A DNA stretch of 55,539 bases, the filler included, from Sphacelaria rigidula (Eukaryota), in NCBI GenBank assembly GCA_964200075.2. It is 5 parts of 5 records of this genome, joined end to end, with 100 filler letters (N's around TTAATTAATTAA, not from the genome) between each part and the next. Parts side by side here need not be neighbours in the genome. Positions count along the whole stretch, not along the records: positions 44,515 to 55,539 come from CAXNAA020005514.1; 4 more parts are not named here. The stretch is one strand, 5' to 3'. Shown in pieces: positions 49,331 to 55,539 of the stretch. Each line of letters begins with the position of its first letter. Positions within the stretch are counted from its first letter, which is position 1. The notes beneath the pieces are model-generated. The model did no database searches. It was not told the DNA's origin and worked only from the letters and a program-made list of their open reading frames with translations. The translations under genes were made by a program, and so were the position numbers.

Positions 49331-52321
49331 CCAAATTGCCAACATCCACACGACATACGCCCTTTTCCTCACCAAGTCCGGGCACAGGCAATCGTACGGC
49401 AAGCCCCCCCCGGCCTCATCCCTCAACAAAACCTGCTCCCTTCCTCATTACCTTCCTCGGCCGAGCAACCATACTTCAACCCCGCCAACCAATCGCGCAC
49501 ATTTCGGTTTTGTTTTGTTCTGTTCATCCCAATATCGTTGTCTCTGAGAAAATCTCTCTAAAAAAAGAAGTTATGATTACCACGAGAACGTTCTCCCTTT
49601 TTAAGACCGTTATTCCCCGGAAAAGAAACTTTCTTTCCCAAGACAAGGAGTCTCCTCCAAGAAATTGATTCCCAAAGAAAATGCTGTCATACTCCAACTA
49701 AAAGTTTTTTTCCCACGAATTTCCGTATCGATAAATTTCGTTCCCCCCCCCCCCCCTTCTCCTCTTGATAAGGTTCTTCCAACCAATGTGTTTCCCCCGA
49801 GGAATTTCCTCCCGCAAAAGAAATTTCTTCTCGAATCCATCCCTCCCCAAGAAACGTGATTACGCACACCAAACACCATTATGGATACCGCCCTCTCTTC
49901 CTCCCCCCAGACAAAAAACACAAGATACAAAATACAAGAGACGAACAGTCACCGTTGTCAGGAAAAGTCGTACGCGCGAGCCCCCTTTTCGGCGTTTCCG
50001 GCGCCGGGCTTGGAGCCGTTGAGATATCGAAGAGTCTCCGTCGCGGAGGGGTCGGGCACAAAGTGCGGCAACGTTCCCACGGTTGAAGATCCGTTGATCC
50101 TGACGTTTGTCTTCAGTGCTCTGTACACCAAGTCCACTACCTCCCCCTTTTGCCTGCGTGGAGACAAACCAAGGTTTTAGATGAGTGCAACATCTTGCTC
50201 GGGTGAGGCGGGGTCTTATCAGAAGTGATTATTATCACTTTTAAAAAAATCTCTTTTGGAGAAGTGATTGCCCCCACAACGACCAGTGCTGAGTCTTACC
50301 GACAAGCAGTTTTGTCCAGATCGAAGCCCAGATCCGACATAGGTACAAAAATGCGGCGGTTCTGGAAGTGACCGTTAGTCCAATATATCTGTACTGCTGC
50401 GGACAAGACGCAACGAGGTAGCACAGCGCCGACACACCGGGCCATGACAACTCACGCATAGACACCCACCACTCACGCGAATTAACTCAAGAGCGAGCTC
50501 TCAATCATCTACACGCGGCAGTCTTTGTTTGACGGAAATCCGTACAGTTGGATAAGAGGCGGCCGCGTACGTGTCAAATAGGAACCGAAAACGTGCCGTT
50601 GCTCATTGTTATTCAGTGTGTGCTGTGCGCGCGTCTCACGCAAATCATCATATCTCGCTGAATTCTGAACCGATTTGAGCAAGGTCACGCACGGCATGCT
50701 CAGCTGATGAGCAGCAAAGAATGGAGCGGTGTGTTTTGGAGTGCGAGGGCAATGCGATGATCCTCAGGTTCACGTTTGATTGTGTTGACTTGTCTTGTCA
50801 AGCCTTCGGTTATGCCATGTCAACAGGACGTTTTATGTTCCCGTTCGAGGTGTCACAAAATCACTTTTGCAAAAAGTGTTTTTTCAGGCACTTTATTTTT
50901 TTTTGGGGGGGGGAGGATCGCAGCAACCAATCATCGGTCGTTTTGAACAAAAGTGACTTTTTTAAAGGTGATAAATCACTTCCGATAAGACCCCGCCTGA
51001 GGGCAGGTGTGAATAGTCTGTTGAACTCGGATTTGTTCCCGAATGGGATGAATCATCAGTTACGCCTTTCGTTCTTGGAAGGTAGTAGCACTGGGTAGAA
51101 GTAGCATTCGTTGTTCTTGTAACTGTCACTGTTACTGTAATTGTTGTAACTGTAACTGCAACTGTAATTGTTACTGTGACTGTTGCTGTTATTGGTATTG
51201 TTACCAGTATCATCGTCACTACCAGTATCATCGTCACGACCATCATCATCATCGTTTCTACTATCATATCATATTATTATGCTGTAATGACTGCTGAGTA
51301 TTATTTTTACAATTATTAGTTTTTATATCATCATCAGTCAGTAGCATTCTTGTTGTTCTTCTTCTTCATCTTCTTTGATTCAAATCCCCGACGACTCATT
51401 ATTCGGCGAGAGATGCTCCGACCGTTCGACAAGTACTTTAGTAAATCAACATTATCGGATCATTCGATGCACTACACTACACTCCAGTGTGTGTTTTTGC
51501 TCCTTCCGTGCTTCAATTTCTCTGCCATACACCTACACGTACACGTGGCTGACAACTTGTAGGTCCACGACGTTTTGTCGCTGCGGCAAGGCAAAAAGTA
51601 TCAAGCGTTCAAGCCTACACACGGAACAACCGCATGGACACCAAATTCCTCGACAACTTGGCCGTCACGCCTCACGCCGGTAGGTTGAATATTCAATCGC
51701 CGGTAGCCTCGACGACATACTTGGAGCTGGGCAGCTCTCCTGTTTTTGTGAGCACCACTCCCGTCGACGAACATCCTGTACATCCCGTGCATTCCGTGCC
51801 CCCCCATCTTTGACCCATGTAATATTGGTCATTATCCAACAGCAGTTACTGCGAAAAGGTGATTGCTCGACGGACACTTGTTGTGGAATTTTTTTCTTAT
51901 GTGGTGGTTCCCATATGACGTTGATATTTTCCAGCGGTTGATCGTACCGGCGATCTGTGGTATCTACCGCTCAGGGCGTTAACGCAGGGCAGGGGTAGGC
52001 ATACTGTCACGCCCCGTGCATGGCTTAATTAGCTGTTGGACGATACGTTGATATATTGATTTGATCGATTGCTGCACATCAACTGACTCCCCCGTCATTC
52101 ATGTATTTAGCCGTCATCACCGTCATTATCCACAAGATAGACGTACCTGAGATCAAAAGAAAAAAAAACAGAACGGAAACACTCGCTGAAGAAAAGTCGA
52201 GAAAATAAAGAAAGAAGGCAGAACAGAAGACTAAACAGCGTACATTTTGCATTTAAAAACAGACACAAGGAGGACTAGAAAAAAAAACTATTCATGGAGC
52301 TGTGCACTCGATAAGACTCAC

Positions 52322-52484
52322 TTTTCGGCCAGCTCCAGCTGCGTGGGAGACTCAATCTCCGGGAAGCGCTGGATCATCCACTTGTATACTTCTAGCACGG
52401 CATGCTTGTTGCATACTCCTTGGAACTCGTCCAGCTGCCAAAGCCGGGATCAAAGCGCACCATGCGAGGATACCGTGAGATGAT
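52322..52484 (-). pseudogene. Exon resembling the SUV3-like helicase C-terminal domain (in-frame stop near its start)
   Basis: CAG|...LWQLDEFQGVCNKHAVLEVYKWMIQRFPEIE...|GTGAGT resembles the SUV3 pattern HxVLxLYxWLxxRFP. Confidence 0.35.
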
Positions 52485-52795
52485 CTGTAGGACCACACTA
52501 CTACACTACAGCCACGGCACTCCGGTGGCGTGAATTAAAATGGTACAACTGACAGCACTAGAGGGGAAAGACAGCCGGTTCAATTCCTACCAGATGCGTT
52601 TAACTTTTTTGTCAATAGAAATATTATAGAACTAGTATCTTATTTCCATCGTTGAAAGCGTCAAGACGTACGTGAGGGCATGAGTAGCCAATGAAGAGTT
52701 CGTTCGAGTGAGTTTGTTTCACGTGAGTCAAGGCTATGTGGGAGTGTCGGTCATGATCCACTCCGCGATACCAAAAATGGAAGGCATGTACCGGG

Positions 52796-52840
52796 TGTAC
52801 TCATCATCATGCATGCCATACTCATAAGATCATTGATCTC
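52796..52840 (-). mobile_element. 45-bp retroposed LINE 3' tip
   Basis: 12-bp TSD GCATGTACCGGG/GCATCTACCGGG; homolog of 43895-43942. Confidence 0.8.
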
Positions 52841-52875
52841 GCATCTACCGGGGGAGAGGTGGGTTTATCCATTGA

Positions 52876-53355
52876 GGCCGCTTCTTACAGCAAATCAAAT
52901 AAAAAGCCCGTCAAATTGTCGTTTGGTCTTTCTGCAATCACACCCTACAAGAGGGTTGGGCGGATTTTGACAGCTTGGAATGACTTGCTCTACTCATCGA
53001 GACGACGGCTTCGGGGAAAACTTGCGTTTTGTGGTGGTCGCATTTTCTTTAATTTTTAACAAAACCTGCATTTTTGTCCAAGAGCGGTCAAGATCGGTCA
53101 AGACGATCAGTAATTTGTAGACCTAACCGTTTTTGACCGTTCTTGGACAAAAACGCAACATTAGTTGAAAAAAAAAAAAACTTTGGCCACCGAAAAACGT
53201 AAAGGTGCCCTGAAACCGTATAAACGAGTAGAGCAAGTCATTCCAACTTGTCAAAATCCGCCTAACCCTCTCGTAGGGTATGAAACGACGCAGAAGGACC
53301 AAAATGGTAGGTAGTCTTAGAGGATTTTAAAACTTGTTTGCCGTAAAAAGTGGCT
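52876..53355. mobile_element. PIF/Harbinger-like fold-back MITE
   Basis: GGCCGCTTCTTACAGCAAA...TTTGCCGTAAAAAGTGGCT; imperfect palindrome over the whole length; 3-bp flanks TGA/CGA; related arm fragments at ~34940-35125, ~35350-35535 and ~44660-45060. Confidence 0.75.
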
Positions 53356-55099
53356 CGAGACCACAAGAAGAACTCGACCCCAGGAGGGGAGGGGTTCAAA
53401 CGGCGACTTGGCAAACGAAAAAAATGATGCACAAAAAAGATACCTTAAACTACTGTACCTGTACTATTGTACTGCTGTACTTGTACATACTCCGCGAGGA
53501 GACAGGGTCTGAAACAGTTATGCGTCTCTTCTTCACCCTTTCCCTTTCTCGAGCCTCTATTTTCACCGAGCGTTTCCGTTCCATTTTTCATCAGGAGATA
53601 CGTTTGTCTTGTGATCCCAGCAGGACTTGGAAATCAACCGGCGAAGAAAGAGATCGAGCGTTGCGCAAAGCTAATATGGCAACATCGCGAGTTCTATGTT
53701 GGTTGGTTGATTTCATTGGCTGCTTGATTCATTGATCGCCTGTTTTGACCGACCGACTGATTGTCGCACATGAACTGCTTCATTAGTATGTACTGTCTGT
53801 AGTGTAATCCACCCGTGGCCAAAGTGTACATGTACTGTGCCCATGATCAATGTACGCAAACGCTCGCTAAACAGTACCGTTCTCTCAGAGGACACAAGAT
53901 ATCTTGCACCATGGAGAGAGAAGGGGTGGTATCAATCGTGACAGACGACACCCGACGGTCGCCCAATGGGCCGAGGAGGTTCAGCACAGAGAGTGAATGA
54001 ATGGAAATGCCCTTGAAATATATGGTTCAGATAAGATGCCTGACTGAAATAGGCATTTCCATCCTCTGTTGAAGGGTCCAAGCATGTATGTACAGACAGG
54101 TACCGTGGGAGACATAGGTGCATCGATCCTTTGACACTTTTCGATCTCGCTCGGGAGGACGAGGGGGGACGGGTTGACAGGCATGACGGAAGGGGGAGAG
54201 AGAGGGGGAGGGGCGGGGAGGGCGGGGAACTTAAAAAATCAACGAACCTTGATTTTCGAATGACTGACTTGTCAAGATAACATGTATAATAGTGATCTAG
54301 TGGAGAACAGGGAGCGATGACGCAACACTGGAACATTTCAACACTATAACACTATAACACTGGAACATCCCGACTTCTTGCGGACCATAGCCGACATACA
54401 TCCTGCCCATCAGCCCCATCGACCAAAGATCTTCCGGCACAGGGAATAGTACCCTTTTGGTTTGCTTGGTTGACAAGAGTACATCAGCTATAATGTTGTG
54501 ATCCAGAAAAAAAGTAGCCCGAATATGCAGTTTTCGAACGCAAAAGAAAGTCGAGAACAAGAGTGCGGCATGCTCAGGTAACAAGGCATTCTTCCCGACT
54601 GCAGGCTGTGCAACCCACAGCCTGACCCCAACGCCCTAACCCCTGGCTAAAGTCTTCAAAAGTCCGGCACAAGTCCCATCGGCATGGTACTTCTGCGATC
54701 AGTTGTTGACGTTCTCCTTGCCTTATAGCCTTGTGGTGTGGTCGGGTGTGCGCCTGTACACCTTCTACTTTGCCCTTGGGTTGCGTCGCTTTCATCATCT
54801 TTTTTCTCTCACTTCTTTTCTTGCTCTTGCTCTTGCTTTACTCTCCGTGTCATACGGTATCATACAGTAGCGTTCAAGTGGTTCGCTCCCGTAGGACTCA
54901 TTGATGAAAACGCATGCCCAAATAGTATGTTCCGAAATAGCGAAGCCGCAGTCTGCTCTCACAGCCTTTTGTTTTGTTTCGTACGCATATGTGTCTCTCT
55001 CTGCGTGTGTGTGTGTGTTCTTCGCGCACCGCACTTTTTCTTCACCTGAAGCCATGCTACAGGGACCAGTTACTTGTAGATGAATTTCGTTCAGTCATG

Positions 55100-55400
55100 C
55101 ACGTCTTTATTCTTCTTTGACGTCTCTTTTTTCTACTTCTTTTTTCTAGTTATTTTCCTTTCTTTTCCTTTTTATCCCCTTTTTTGTTTGGTTTTCTTTC
55201 AATTTTGCTTATTTTTGTTTTTGTTTTTGCTTTTGCTTTTCAGTCACTCCGTTTCTTCATTGATTTCATTTCTCCCACTTTTTTTTTTCAGCGAGAGGTC
55301 CCGTTTGGTTTACCTTGGGCGGGCAAGGTACGTCTACTTTGTCAAAAATGACCACGGCTGGACCCCTCGGGGATCAGCTAGTGTGTGACAATTAAACAAT
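55100..55400 (+). mobile_element. 3' end of (ATCA)n-family retroposon
   Basis: T-rich body, then GACCACGGCTGGACCCCTCGGGGATCAGCTAGTGTGTGACAAT. Confidence 0.65.
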
Positions 55401-55452
55401 AAAAGTACTCCCGTTAATATCTACAATACCCGGGTGGCACCCCTCCTGAAAA

Positions 55453-55485
<33 letters not shown>

Positions 55486-55539
55486 TTCCCCAATGACCCC
55501 CACAACCCGGTCACCCCCTCGCCTCGCTCCGGCGGCCCG

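Larger units (their letters stand above)
52515..53410 (+). mobile_element. tRNA-derived SINE split by two nested insertions
   Basis: B-box-like GGTTCAATTCC at ~52578; body TGATCCACTCCGCGA..TACCGGGGGAGAG; resumes GAGACCAC...GGAGGGGTTCAAA after 53355. Confidence 0.65.

Overview
Eukaryotic, repeat-rich DNA (roughly balanced GC, spliceosomal introns, TTAGGG telomere-type repeats). The TE content is consistent with a stramenopile, probably a brown alga (inference). The window is not contiguous: four identical 100-bp linkers (N44-TTAATTAATTAA-N44) join five contigs of decreasing length (11030, 11029, 11028, 11027, 11025 bp). Contig 1 holds LINE, Gypsy and Copia relics. Contig 2 holds the 3' part of a multi-exon kinesin gene with a ~1000-aa coiled-coil exon and a GC-AG intron. 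Contig 3 holds a partly decayed Sulfotransfer_2-type gene and one exon of a sarcosine/dimethylglycine-methyltransferase-like gene. Contig 4 holds an RTE relic and a MIF4G-like fragment. Contig 5 is mostly fold-back MITEs and SINEs. The most striking feature is a ~210-bp non-autonomous element with TG...CA ends, 37-bp TIRs, 4-5-bp TSDs and an internal TTAGGG-type tract: 11 full and 3 partial copies, all in two of the five contigs. Also notable: a LINE family inserting at C-rich tracts, including ~46-bp micro-copies with 12-bp TSDs; a tRNA-SINE/LINE pair sharing a 3' motif; RACAC-ended TIR elements with 4-bp TSDs; and a possible decayed TET/JBP-like dioxygenase. All protein assignments are by-eye motif recognition, not database searches.
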